A stretch of DNA of 64,000 nucleotides from Ramazzottius varieornatus. Lineage: Eukaryota; Animalia; Tardigrada. The position numbers and the translations under genes were made by a program. Position 1 is the first letter of the stretch; every line of letters starts with the position of its first letter. Shown in pieces: positions 37,720 to 50,484 of the stretch. The stretch lies in the NCBI GenBank assembly GCA_001949185.1, contig BDGG01000001.1, positions 2,373,324 to 2,437,323 on the forward strand, in the 5' to 3' direction. Under the pieces are notes generated by a model. That model searched no databases. It worked only from the letters and a program-made list of their open reading frames with translations, and was not told the DNA's origin.

Positions 37720-40700
37720 CTATCGTTTCTTGTGAGAGCGACCTACAGGCTGTTTCCTCGGTCGCTCGTCTTCCTCAGACGACGATGGATCATAGGGGTC
37801 CTTCTGCTGACCACCACGAGAAGCCTTGCCTTGGCGGTCAGTTTTCGACACCTTTTTCGACTTGTCTCCACTTCCATTACACTGCGTCTTCTTCACTTCG
37901 TTCCCTCCACGCCGTCTCGATCCACTCGGCTGAGGACTGTCATTACGTTCAAGTGACTCGGCTCTTCTTGAAGCACGGGAACCCGTATCCGCTCTTCTGC
38001 TTGATCTTCTAGCTGAGACCTCTGCGTTGTCATTGTGCAGACTTTCAATACGTGCCACAATGTCCTCCGGCAATCTCTGCGAATGGAAAGTTTGTCCAGA
38101 TAGAGTGACTTTGAGAGGTGAAATGAAGGACGAATTACTATACTGTACCTTCTTATCCTCTGGCAGTTTGCGTCGACAACCGTTGAACGCGTCGATCAGG
38201 TACTTCATTGTCGTCTCGTCAGCCACGGCTTTCTTCCAGTTGAAGACCTGTTCGCGAAGTTGCAGCAGAAGCTTTTCTGACATGTGTGGAACGACTAGTG
38301 TCAGGCAGAAAGCGACAATCTGCCATATTTCCACAGGTCTGAAACAACGGAGATAAATATTCAAAGTGATTCTCGAATAGCTGCTATATAAATAAATCCA
38401 TAAGAAAATATCACCGAAGGACTTTCAAGCACAATAAGCTTCGCCTCTTACCGTTTTGACTCAACAATGGCGAAGAAGCTGACCGTAAGGCTGTCCATCT
38501 CCGTGACGTTCTTGCCGACCAGATCGATTAGGTACTTGAAAACCTCTTGCATGTGACTCTGATCCAGCTTCTCTGGTAGATCATTTCGAGCTAAGAGCTG
38601 CGTCACCACGTTCATTACATCGGTCTGCAAGATAAAACCAATCACTAGAGTAATTATACAATAATTTCCTATGGGGATGTTTACCTTGCTCAGTTTTTCC
38701 TTGAAAAAGCCCCGAGTCACTGTGGAGACTTCCGCGTCCGGATCGCAGATCAACATGGCGATGTCACAATACTGTTCGCGAACCTTGACGAGGTCGTTGA
38801 CGATGATACGAACGAAAGCCATGAGGGCGTGATAGCGCACACTGGGATGTGGATGGCGAAGCCTGCAAAAAGGCAGCGTTCACCATAACGAAGCGATAAG
38901 AGCGAAGAAGCAAAAACTCAGATGGACGACCACATACTGCTTCGTATAGATGCTGGTGTGTTCCTGCACCATGTTGACAAAGCGCACGGCGATATCGGAG
39001 AAGCCTACCAGCAGCATCTTGCGCAGCTCCAGAGACTCTGTGGTATCCAGTACTCGAATGATCCGTCTGATGTGACGATTACAGGAATGCTCGCTATACG
39101 AGACCAACACTTTCATAAGTCATAAACCCCCCATTTTGAGGATCGTGACGGCTGTAGTGTACCTTATCAGCATGATGCGGATCAGTGCCATATAAGCCAC
39201 CAGTCCAGCCGGGCGGCCTTTGAAGGCAAAGCTCATTTCCGTCATCTTCACCACCAGGTTCTCGATCAACCAGATACCACTGTTTTCACCTGAAAAACAC
39301 GTCACTTTGTCTCTCATTGCAGAAAAAAAATAAATCATGTGCGGTGAGAAGAAGACAGTGAAACTCACCGTCAGTCTCGGGCTTGAACAGGCGTTTGCGG
39401 AACTGTAGCACCGCTTCCTTTCCGCGGTCTTCTTCGTTCGGTCCATCGGGCTCGTCTTCGTCAAACTCACCTTCTGCTTTCTTGGCTTGGCTCTCTTTGC
39501 TTTCGGCTGACAGAGAAAAGACATCTTCCATCCAGTTGGCGTAGGTGAAAGCAGCGGTGGCACCCAAGTAAAGAACACTATGTTCAAAGACAGACAAGCC
39601 ATCAACACCACCGTCTATGCCCATATTAACGTTGCATGAACTGATCGACGTACTAATGGAGACCGTCTAAGGCGACGGCTTGTTTCTCCAGAGGCGGATT
39701 CGAGCTTTCATCAGCTCTTTCCTGGTCCACGTCCATCCTTTCGACGCCATCGGCAGGAACTCGGCATATCCGGGTAGACTTCTTAGTTGGTTGCTTTGCT
39801 TTGCCCGTGATCTTCAAGCGTGTCAAGACGAAGGAGATGAGGAGTTTTAGCGTGTCAGAAGGCTTCTCCGCAACTGCGAACAAGGCTTCCACCATCTTCC
39901 CATACATGATGGTTTGACCCTTCGCTTTCACATCGCTAAACGCTATAAATAAGGTCAACTGTCAGAGAAGCTCTTTTGACCTAAAATTCGACAGTCGATT
40001 GCCAATACCCACATTGTATGCAGATATTCAAGAAAGAGTAGAGAACTGAATGGTGAGTTGGCAGAGTAAGCTTTTTCTTGTTCCTTGTAGTAACGTCGTC
40101 CTTATCCTAGAGGTAGATGAAATTCGTCAGCCTGGCCCCAGTAGCCCTGAGAAGCGGTACTTACCAACGGGGACCTTCCCAGCTTGATCAGGACATCACA
40201 GAAAGTGCAGACCAGCCTGGTATCAAACGGGACCACGTCTAGACACTTCTTCCGGAGCGGCTCTAGCTTATCACAGATCGCTCCATCAGCAACCCTGCAA
40301 GTGCAAACCCTGTCGCAAAACGGTTACCTCGTAGAAGACAGCTTGGCCAGTGTCCATAAGGCCAAACCCAGTAAGAGAAGGAAGGCGACCTAGTCGATCT
40401 TACGAAGGCAGGACCGACAACGCAAGGCAAGCGCGCCATACATCTTCCGCGTCGTCGGTGGACAATGCGATGCCCACAATCCGCTTCGCAACTTTCTCCG
40501 TAACTGCGTTGTTCTCATCTTTAAACTGCGAAGCAAAGTTCTTGTTAGACATATGCAACAAACGAGCAAATTCCAGAAAGTGTCGAGAAACCAACCAGCA
40601 GCTTGATGGTTTCCGAATTCGCGGCGGCAACGTTTGGGAGTTCCCGAATGAGTCGTTCCACTAGCGCGTCCGAACTTCGGCTAAAACAGGTACGAGTACA

Positions 40701-43700
40701 CATAAAATCAGGTGTTAAAGATCAAAATAGTCAGACTCATCCGGATGGGCAATTGTCAATCTGCCTGAAAGAAAGGTGGACTTACTCGACGCTTTCTTCG
40801 CCCACAAAGTAAGAGCGGTATGCAGACACAGCTGCGTCGCGGATCTCTCTGGTTTCCGACGTAAAGTAGATGGGCAGGCGACGGAGGACACAAACGCCCT
40901 CTTTGAACCCATTATTGTCCGCGAAAATAAGGAAGCTGGAGATCTCGGATATGTCAGTGGCAACTGACATTTGTAGGGTTTTCTCCCATTTCGGCACGGC
41001 CTCACACAACACTCGTCGAATTCGCAAATCAGACTGCAGAAGTAATTAAACAGCTTTAAGCGAGAAAAACTTATATTCAATACCAATAATAAAAGAGATT
41101 AAGACTAAGAGCGCACCTGAAGTTTCAGAATGTGTTCTGACAACGCGCTAATTCCCTTGTTATGGTCGTTAGTCAGCATGGAGAGGAAGCTAGCTAAGGA
41201 CTTTTCGAGAACTGCTACATTCGCCTTCTTGCTGTCTCGTATCTGCTTCAAACAGTCAAGCAGCGATAGCAGACGATGTGGCAGAAGTTCAGTACCGTAT
41301 CTGAAACCAGAGTCATAAATAAGAACCGTACGTATTAGTTAGATTATGTCGCATTTTTAGTCTACCTGTATATGGAACAACTGAACACTTACTCGCCAAG
41401 AAATCCTTGCAGCTGATGGTCGACCATCAGTTTGTCATGAGGAAATTTCTTCGCAGCAGCCATCAAGAAGTAAAAGGCTTTCCCGCCTTCGTTGGTCTCC
41501 AACGCGTCGGACACCTCTTTGATGATCCTGTTTCCATCGAAAGAATGAGCGACAATTCGTCAAAGCTTTACGGAAAGCTCGAACTATACCGTTTGCAATC
41601 TTGCTGTCCGCGCGCAGCTTCTCGGACCTCCGGCGGCAAGATTCCAGTCTTGGAGAAATCTGCGGCGGCTAACGTAATGCCTTTCTTCAGTAATATCCAG
41701 TTCTCCACACACAGCCAAGGCTTCCGAAAGTCTAGACACAAAGAACCAACTTTGGTTAATTGAAAGAAGAAGGCTGTGAATGCCTCTGATTACTGAGAAA
41801 GTTAATATCAATAATGATACCGTATTATTATACTGATTAATTTACCGTCGGCGGTTTCTTCCGGGAGAAGAGTAATCAACTTCTCCACACTTTCTCGCAT
41901 TTCATCCTCCATGTCGGACGAAGTTTTCTGTAAAAAACAATACAATAAGCTACTATAGACATACATTCAACGCGACGGCGGCGTCCGGTCAAAACTTACC
42001 TTGAGCAGATCCAAACGGGAAGACAAAAGCCTCCTCAAGCACTTCAGGGCAGCTTCGCGAACACTCTGAGCCTTGTCGTTCAAGCCAGTCCTTCCGATGA
42101 CTGCAGCAAAGACTTGTTCGAACCTATCTTGACCGATTGGAGTGTTCGCGGCGACGATGTCGTCCACGCAGTTCAGCACCTTCTTCCGAACGTTGGCGTG
42201 ATGATCTAGAATTTCGTCCTGTGAAAAACCGTTTTCAATACGGAAGTCTCTGACGTACTTGGAGTTCAAAATGATGCATACCAGCAAGCACGCCCACCAT
42301 TCGTCCATATGCTCCTTAAGGTCCGAAGCGGAGCCGGAAGGAATTTTACCTGCGTCGATGATAGCACACGTGAGCAAATGAAGGACCACAGATCTAACGG
42401 GAGCAGCCTGTAAAAGCCACGCTAAATCAGAATATGTCATATACGAGTCTATATGTGAGACCTTGGTACACGTGTTCGACAAGATTGTTCCAAGTGGCAC
42501 ACGCTTTGAACCAGTGAGATTGTAAAAGTGCGCAAGTTGAAAGAACGGTCTTGTCGAGTTTGTTTGCCAAGCTCCCATGTGGACCAAATATGTCTGCAAA
42601 ACATTACATCGCTTTTCAGAAGTTCCGCAATGTCTTCCGTGCAAAGAGCAGCGGAAATTGGATGAGTCTTCGCAAGGCCTTCGATCACATTCACGTATGA
42701 TTTGCCTAGAGCATTGGTTTGGGCGATGTCGTCCATATCGCCCTCCAAAACACTGTAAAAAATTCGGAATTACGTACTGTAAATACCCGCTGCGTCCGCG
42801 CAGAATGTACACGTACTTGACGATGCACCCCCGTAGGGGGTTGAACAGGCAGTAAAGCCGGATCGGGTCTGTACTTCACGTGTAGGACGACGTACAGCGC
42901 GGACGCAGCGGGTTTTTACGGTACTTGTTCATATTTTTCCTTGAACTCGTACCTGAACAAGTCCGACACAATCTCCGGTTTTCCTGCTTTATCGTAAGCG
43001 TCTGCCACCACTCTCGCACAAAGACTGCCAGCAGCCTCATTGCGTTGGAACAACCTCATCATGATGCGGAAGTATTCTGAAATATGCACGAGCCAAGATA
43101 CTGCATGTACAGCTTGGAAATAAACTCGGTAATGTCAACAGATTTCTTCTTAGACAGAGAAAAGACTCACCTTCTTCGCAGTCGAAAGACGCTATGGCTC
43201 CACTGAATGCTAGAACGAGCTTATCCGTAGTCTCCTTGTTGTAAGTCTTCACCAGGTTTGCATCTTCGCAAAAACGCGCCAGTGTTTGGAGAAGTAAGCT
43301 ATTATTGAAAACAAGATCAAGCCTGCACTTGGACTGTATAGCTGGGATATCGGGACGGGAAGCTTACCTGACGAACTCTTTTTCGGGCTTTTGGATCCAC
43401 AAAGCAGCCACGTTTTGATGAGGATCGGACAACCGCTTCAACCGGTCCAGAGCTAGCTCTTCTAGCTTCCGGAGGCTGTCGGTTCTCCGATCGCTCCCAG
43501 CTGCTTGACCACCCTACGAGACGGACATGTAGGCGAAACATATATCGATGGAAGCTACATTCGAGCTTACCTTGCGAGACTTGGGTGCACTGAGTTCCTT
43601 CTGCAGATGATCGACGTAATTACAGAGGAGAAAGAACCCAATCTTGCAGAGAGAGCGCAAGTTTGCTTTCACAGCACCGCCTTCCTTAGTCGCGTTCGCT

Positions 43701-44411
43701 GCTCGGTCCAAAGCCATGCCAGTAGCTACGAGATCCATAGATAAGTTGGCATTTTTTTAATAAAAAATTACCTTGCATCAAACCAAAATTAATGAAGTAA
43801 GCTGAACACCTTCCAGAACGACTCGGAAGACACCGGCGTACAGTCCATCGTTCATCGACTGAAAGTGCCTAAACACAGGCCTCGATCAGACATTTTCCCC
43901 AGTTAACTTTGACCAAGACACATGCATGTTACTGTGCATGTCTTACCAAAGGGTAGAGCACAACGGCCGGAAGCTCGTTGAAAGGACCTCTAGGCCGAGT
44001 TGTTTCAGTTCCTGGCGAATAGTTGCTGTTAACGACAACATACAGAACTTCATCGCCGTCCGTACAACTTAGCGGGTTTCTGCGTACGAAATCACCAGCG
44101 TGCTTTAAAGAAACGGTCATACCTCCGTCGTCCCCAAGGTGGTCCATACATTCATCGAGGGACATTGGATGGAGCGAAAACGAACCCGATCCTTCCTTTA
44201 GATCATTCTTCGAAGAAGGCACGAAAAACTCATCCCGTTCAACCTCCAAAAGATCAGCAGCATTCCCTGGAAAAGCAAGGTTGTCAACAGCGTTATCCGT
44301 GGAGCCGCGATGAGTTCCCCTAGTGTGCACAACGTCACATTTTTCTTGGCTGCATACGAGAGACGGCTTACCGAGTTCCAGGGAACGTTCTCGCTCGTCC
44401 ACATCCTCCAT
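37720..44411 (-). CDS. NCAPD2: Condensin I non-SMC subunit CAP-D2 (HEAT repeats, Cnd1 domain); start approximate
   Basis: Cnd1-type LRKMLLVGFSDIAVRFVNMVQEHT...LRHPHPSVRYHALM...NDLVKVREQYCDIAMLICDPDAEV. HEAT-like ILDHHANVRKKVL and DKAQSVREAALKCL. More than 20 small exons. Basic/acidic disordered tail. Confidence 0.82.
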
Positions 44412-44786
44412 TGTATCCTCTATCGGCTGCTCCGCACGTCGTTCGGTGTGAACAGTTCCTGAAAGCCCGGAACAGTCTTACTCCTCAGCGTGCAGACGAT
44501 AGTCCATCATCTGATGATTCCGTCCCGGATATAGTCCAGCGGTAACTTTCTTTCTGCCACCAAGCCTGCGCCTTCCGCACTTTAACCTCGAGTCCCAGAA
44601 AGTGAGTGCGGAACCCCTTGTCCTAGTTTTCAGACTTAAGAGGACAACAAATGCGGTGGAACTGGGAAACAAAACAAGACAGTGAACACTGATAACATTA
44701 TAATTTATACTATTGCCAGCCAAGGCTGCCCGACTGGAACGATTGCTGTAATCGACAATCAAGCGAGGGCTGCAGAACTAAAAAGA

Positions 44787-44905
44787 AGCTTGCAACACCC
44801 GGTGTTCCCAAGCGGTCACCCATCTAAGTACTAACCGGGCCCGACGTAGCTTATCTTCCGAGATCGAACGGGATCGGGAGCATTCTACGTGGTGTGGTCG
44901 CAGGC
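44787..44905 (-). rRNA. 5S rRNA (solitary copy B, variant)
   Basis: Same 119-nt sequence as copy A except CCACACC for CCATACC near the 5' end and GCAAGCT for GCAGGCG at the 3' end. Followed by a T5 run. Confidence 0.97.
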
Positions 44906-45375
44906 AAAGGCTAGTGAAATTTTTTTCCTCGAAATTGTCTGCTGTATTTTGCAGCTGGAAACAATCACTTCTGTTCGTTCTGCGGGGCATTTGGGTTTTG
45001 GAACCTGGAAATACCCACTGTCCAAGCTCCCAACACCCATCAAAGCGTCAGCGCTGATCCAGATAACGGCTTGCAGCCGAATACGCTTGTTACCTTCCGG
45101 CTATGAATGACTGCTAAACTGACACTTCCTTCACTTCGGTTACAGTGACAGCCAGCGTCATGAGCTCTGCAGAGTCGTCATATTAAAGAAGGTAAGCGAT
45201 TACAGTTTTCTGCGATCTCTATGTTCTGTACGTGTACTCAAAGGCCGCCGTCCAGTGACGGAGCTGACACCGGAATCGCTCCTGAAGTTCCAACCATTGT
45301 GATTTCTGATAGTATTCACGCCAGGTCTTGTGGTATTTACATACCGTGTGGCCTGTCGCAGAGCATTCTGTTAGT

Positions 45376-46072
45376 ATGGATTCTAAGGTCGAAACGGCCG
45401 ACATCACCGGGAGATGGGACCTGTACAATTCAGAAGGATTTGAGGATTACCTGAAGGCCGTGGGTGAATACGTTCGTGGCATATGTTAGTGTATCCTTAT
45501 GATATGTATACACCATGTCTTCTTTTCATTCGCCAGGAGTCAATTTCATTCTCCGGAAACTCATAAGTCGGATGGCTGCCTCAACGCTTGAGATTACGAA
45601 AGACGGAGACGAGTATACGATGAAGACGATATCGTCGATGAAGACCATCGAGACCAAATTCAAGCTGGACCAGGAGTTTGATGATAAGCTGATGGACGGT
45701 CGCGAATGCAGGGTAAGTTCACGTATATTATACAGTTCCGACTTCCGGCTCGGAAGTCGGGACTACTTTTACAGTAAACAGACCATTTGATCAGACTGCT
45801 CTTTAGACACTATTTGTGCTCGACGGAAATGTTCTGAAGCAGCGACAGAGAACTCCGGATGGATTTGAGACTAACGTCGAGAGGGAGGTCACGAAAGAGG
45901 AAGTTATCACCGTACGTTTCGGTAACTTCCGTCCGGCGTCTCCAATGGGCACTCGTGTTTCTTTATAGTCTGTACGAAGCGTACGAAATTTTAAGAGTTT
46001 CTTGTGCTTTTGCAGACTATTCGGTACAAAGACGTGACCTGCGTGAGGAAGTTCCGAAAGACCGCAACCTGA
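45376..46072 (+). CDS. FABP: Cytosolic fatty acid-binding protein (4 exons)
   Basis: MDSKVETADITGRWDLYNSEGFEDYLKAVG|VNFILRKL...FKLDQEFDDKLMDGRECR|TLFVLDGNVLKQRQ...|TIRYKDVTCVRKFRK. GxW motif and classic 3-intron FABP layout. No signal peptide. Confidence 0.92.
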
Positions 46073-46453
46073 GCTTAAAACTTAAAGTTATCGGTATCCT
46101 GAGCTTTTTAATAACGGTATTGATACAGACCATTCCGGGATGAGACAAGTGCGTTATGTGAATCCCATGTTCTTCTCTTCCCGGTTGATCTTGTTTTTAT
46201 CCACATATGTTTCTGTATACTCCCTGTTTCAAAAAGCAGAAACTAGATAAACGAAATCAAGAGCATACGTCCGTCTGGCTAATGTTCACGTCACTTCCGG
46301 ATCACTTCCGGTAGGGCATCACTTCGACATGTAGTACACTGCAAGCTCGTTAAGATCCAGTAAACCACCAAATTAGCCGCCATGCAGACAAAGCAACATT
46401 CCTCGTTAGAAGGGTTGCTAACAGATACTTCGAGGAAACAAAGTAACTAAGTC

Positions 46454-49400
46454 TCATTCTTCTTTGCGAGCTCGGGACCCTTTGGACTTCCTCTTTCTTA
46501 CTACCGACTGGTCAACATCGGCGTGCTTTGTCTCTACTGTCTCGGACATATCTACCACTTCGACATCACTCGGTACGGAGCCGCTGCTTTCGCTTGATGG
46601 TGGCTGTGCTGTCTCGTTGTCCCCCAAAGCTTCGGCAATCTCCGGAGTTTGCTGTTCGAGAGGTACTGCACCACCTCTATTCAGCATCTCCTGACTATAA
46701 CCGTACTCGTTCACTCGGTTAGGGTCCACTCGGTAAATCCACCGTTGATACAGGAAAATGAAAAAAATTACATCTGAAACAAAAAGAGCACATTCCGTAA
46801 CATGGAACAAAATCGATGAGCTGTAATGAGCGAAAATTTTTACCGTCCCGCAGGCATCCGATGCGATACATGGTAGGCATCTTGATTACAAATGCGAAAA
46901 TGTCATCGATAAACCTAAAACAAGAGCAACTCCCATCAAAACCTGTAAAAAGTTAGCCCAAACACAGGCAGGAGTCTAAAGTTCCCTTACGTGTTGAGTG
47001 CTTTGTAAGTCATCATTCGCCAAGGCAAATGAGCGACGGACTTCAGCTTGTAGTTGATGAACAGTTGAGGCGTCATCGAGATGAAACCTGGAGATGGAAG
47101 TATCAGTTCAGTAGGAGCATATGTTTCATTGAGAACTCATTTAGAGTACGAAAGCTTCTGTACACGTATACGTACCGAATGTAAGGAGAAAGCCGTACAT
47201 CATGCCAAGCACCCACGAGTACCACCCCTTATGTTCTTCATACAGCAAGCTGTAAATACCGTAGGCCATCACTAGGGGGAAGAAAGCCCACGATAGATAC
47301 CTGAAGGCCAGTTTGTCGTATTTCCTGGTGCTAGACTCCACGTAGCTCTTCTTGTCTTCCAGCCACACGCGCGGGAAGAGACCGAGAACCTTATTCTCGT
47401 AATCAACCTACAAAATATCCGACGGTGAAGGGGGAGTTTTTGTTAACTAAACCGGAAGTGTCGACTTACTCTGACGTTCATCACTTTCTTCACTTTCCAA
47501 ATTTCGATCGCGAGACCGATGGCGATGGAAAATTTGACCATGGGGTTAGTGTCGTTGTCCAAGACATATAGTAGGACAATCAAGCTCTGCACGACGTTCA
47601 GGAACACCGACCGGACACTGAGACCTTCCAGGTCTTCGCCCTTGTTCTTCCAGAACTGAATGTCGTTCTTGAAGGCCATAAATTCAAAGACCGTATGGAA
47701 GAGCGAGACGACGACGGTCAAGCCCAATAGGATCGGATTCGTATCCAACAGAGCTTCCTGGAATCAGATACAGCACAGATTATCGATAATGACATAGGTG
47801 AAAAATCAGCAAAAGAAAAGAATTATTTTTGAGATATTACAGTCACCTTAATAGTGTCGCTGTCTTCGGTCAGCAAATTTTCATTGCCGCTGTCGGACTG
47901 AAATATGTCTCCGTTGAGCATCTTGCTCCATTTGTTGGACTGAGCTTGAGAGACGTATAATTGCCACCGGAAGAGGGAGAGCGGATGATATGTCAGCGTC
48001 AGATTCACCACTCTATGAACGAAAAACAATTGAAAATTGGTCCTGAGTTCCACACAGACATGTGAAGAAACGCAATCCGGTCTAACTTCGTAGTGTCGTT
48101 TATTGGCTTATACTCCTTGTTCAAGTTCCAGTAATCGTTGAAGTATAGGATCGGCAAGTAGTTTCCTTCAGAGTTGAATTCCAGATCTGTATAAGAAAGT
48201 CGGTAAAATATCATTTATTACGAATATTTAAGAAAAATTTATCAGCCCGAAGACAGTACAGGTTTCCTTACTTTCCCCGATGGGAGACGGCGCTTTTCCC
48301 TTGGTCCACGCCGTATGATCATCAACGAGGTTGAACGTCAAGTTGGGATGCCAGTGGCTCATGATCACAGATGGTTGAGGAGGAGTACTGTCGGTCGATT
48401 CGACAGCGGCGGAAGCACGAGGATTCGAGGTTTCACCGGTCAGCAGATTCTGCTTCTTTGGGCCGATCGTCACTTTCTTCAGCTTGTTCAACTGATAGGT
48501 CTTGTGGACCGTGAAGCCTGCATTGTAGTTGGGGTCCGTCGGCCGAGGACTGTCGCCTGCTCGTACGAAGTACACGTGAAGATACACGTTACTCTTATTA
48601 TTCTGCACATTCTGTCAAAACAGAGCAACAAAGTTATCAAAATCAAGTCATGTTACATCGATCCAACTGGAAATGGCGCATCGAGATCGAGATAGTTTTT
48701 CAACGACGTGAAATCGATCGTCATTGATTCGACGGCTAATCATTTTCTCATGATACGAAGCATAAAGTTACCTCAGATAACGGTAGTTCAGCTGAGAAAG
48801 TGTACGTTCCATCATGGTTAGGTCCCGAAGTCCAGTCCCCATACTGCAGTCCTTCTTCCCTCCACACCAGATTCTCGTCGTCGAACCGATGATACTTTGG
48901 ACGCTCATTCACGTAGGCGTACATATCCTACAAAAAAATACAATGTCATACCTGTGCTGTAAACGATATAAGGAAACTGTACAGTCTCAAACTACGTCCA
49001 GCAAACATACAGTCCACAAGACGACTCTTAGAGACCGAGCGACACTTTGTCACAGAGGTAACGCCATAACATCACGAGACGGCCTGCGAAAGCACAGCGT
49101 TGCAGCTGACTCCTCGTGATTACTTCCGGTCTATTAGTAGTACTCCGCTCATCTCATCTTACCATAGGCATGAGATGGCCGTAGACGTTCTGTCCATATG
49201 TAACGATGATCTGCGTACCATCGGGAGCCGTAGTCACTGACGTCGTTGGAGCAGGAACCTGTTTTCCTCTGTTACCGAGGAACTGAGTGATGAGGTACAT
49301 CATAATGGCTCGGCCGATAAGCGTTTTGACGATGGGCCAGTAGTCGCGTCCTCCGGCGTTAGGTGGAGGCGCTGCTGCGTCGGCTACTGCTACCAGAGCA

Positions 49401-49480
49401 TCCTCACCTGTCGCCGCTTGAACCAAATCTCGTCGTCGGATGTCCACTGTCCTGATGGTCGAAGGATCCGCGGTAGCCAT
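46454..49480 (-). CDS. CLPTM1: Cleft lip and palate transmembrane protein 1 (lipid scramblase family)
   Basis: VYLHVY, SHWHPNLTFNLVDD, YLPILYFNDYWNL, TNPILLGLT...FEFMAFKNDIQFW, EHKGWYSWVL, MTPQLFINYKLKSVAHLPWRMMTYKALNT, YQRWIYRVD. Confidence 0.93.
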
Positions 49481-50484
49481 CACGGTGTGTTGATGGCTGT
49501 ATGCTTAGGCCGAAAGGTATCAACCGGGAGTGTCAACCTTCCGTGTCGATCTGAAAGCGTAAGCAAAGGTTGAGGAGAGCTTTCACTGGAAAACATTGCA
49601 GGAGTGAAACCGTGATCATGATATACTTCAGTCAAGTAAGTATCGGGAGGATATCGATCGATGAATCCACGAGGCGTTATGACAAAATTAGACTTACTTA
49701 CGGTGGATGAATTCGACGGCTGAGATTGCTGCTGACTCATGCACTGATGCACACCAGTATCCCAGGCGTTCGCCAACGAACGGTAGTCCTTAGTTCCGAG
49801 GTTTCAGATGCGGTTAACGCTCGACGATCGTTCCTGAAGGCGAAGAAGAATACCTTAGGAGAACAGTATACCGGGTTATGTAAACTCACGCGACGACCAG
49901 TCTAGCTCAGCACGATGAAGAACACAACCGGGAATTCTTTCTATCTAGTACATAAATTCCCGTATCGTCCTGTGGCCGCACAGTTCGAGAAGCTCAAGAC
50001 GTCGAAGCCTAGCTGAGCTGAGATCCGGAGGAAGAATCTGGAGAAGAAAGTCCGACGGAAGTTGCGTGAAAACGGTGAAATAACGGAGCCTGCGGCGATT
50101 ACAGTATTACAGTCCTGAAAGTGAATCCCTTCCGGCGGTCAGGTGGTCAAATAACACCAATCAATGCTGCTACTGTCACGTGGCCACCAAAACGGATGCA
50201 TTGTCAGCAACTGTGTAAGCCGAAGCGTATGCTTGATTGCTTTGTCGCGTATAGATTTCGCTAAAGAGGGCAGCACTCGGTTTACTTCACTTCACTCGTA
50301 CATTATTATGATCTGTGGTCTATGGACTAAGGTCGCGGGAGCAAAAGCTAGGCCTAACTACTTGAGATAGAGTAGTTCTTCTACCGAGGATAACGAGTTA
50401 CCAAAAGACCATGAGAAAGTACAGACAAGACCCACTCATCTCTCAGAAGAATGAGAAAATTCTGACGAAAGTGACGATCGGTTT

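Noticed and set aside
45376-46072. Calling the FABP a SAHS protein
   Set aside because: No signal peptide and canonical FABP motifs.
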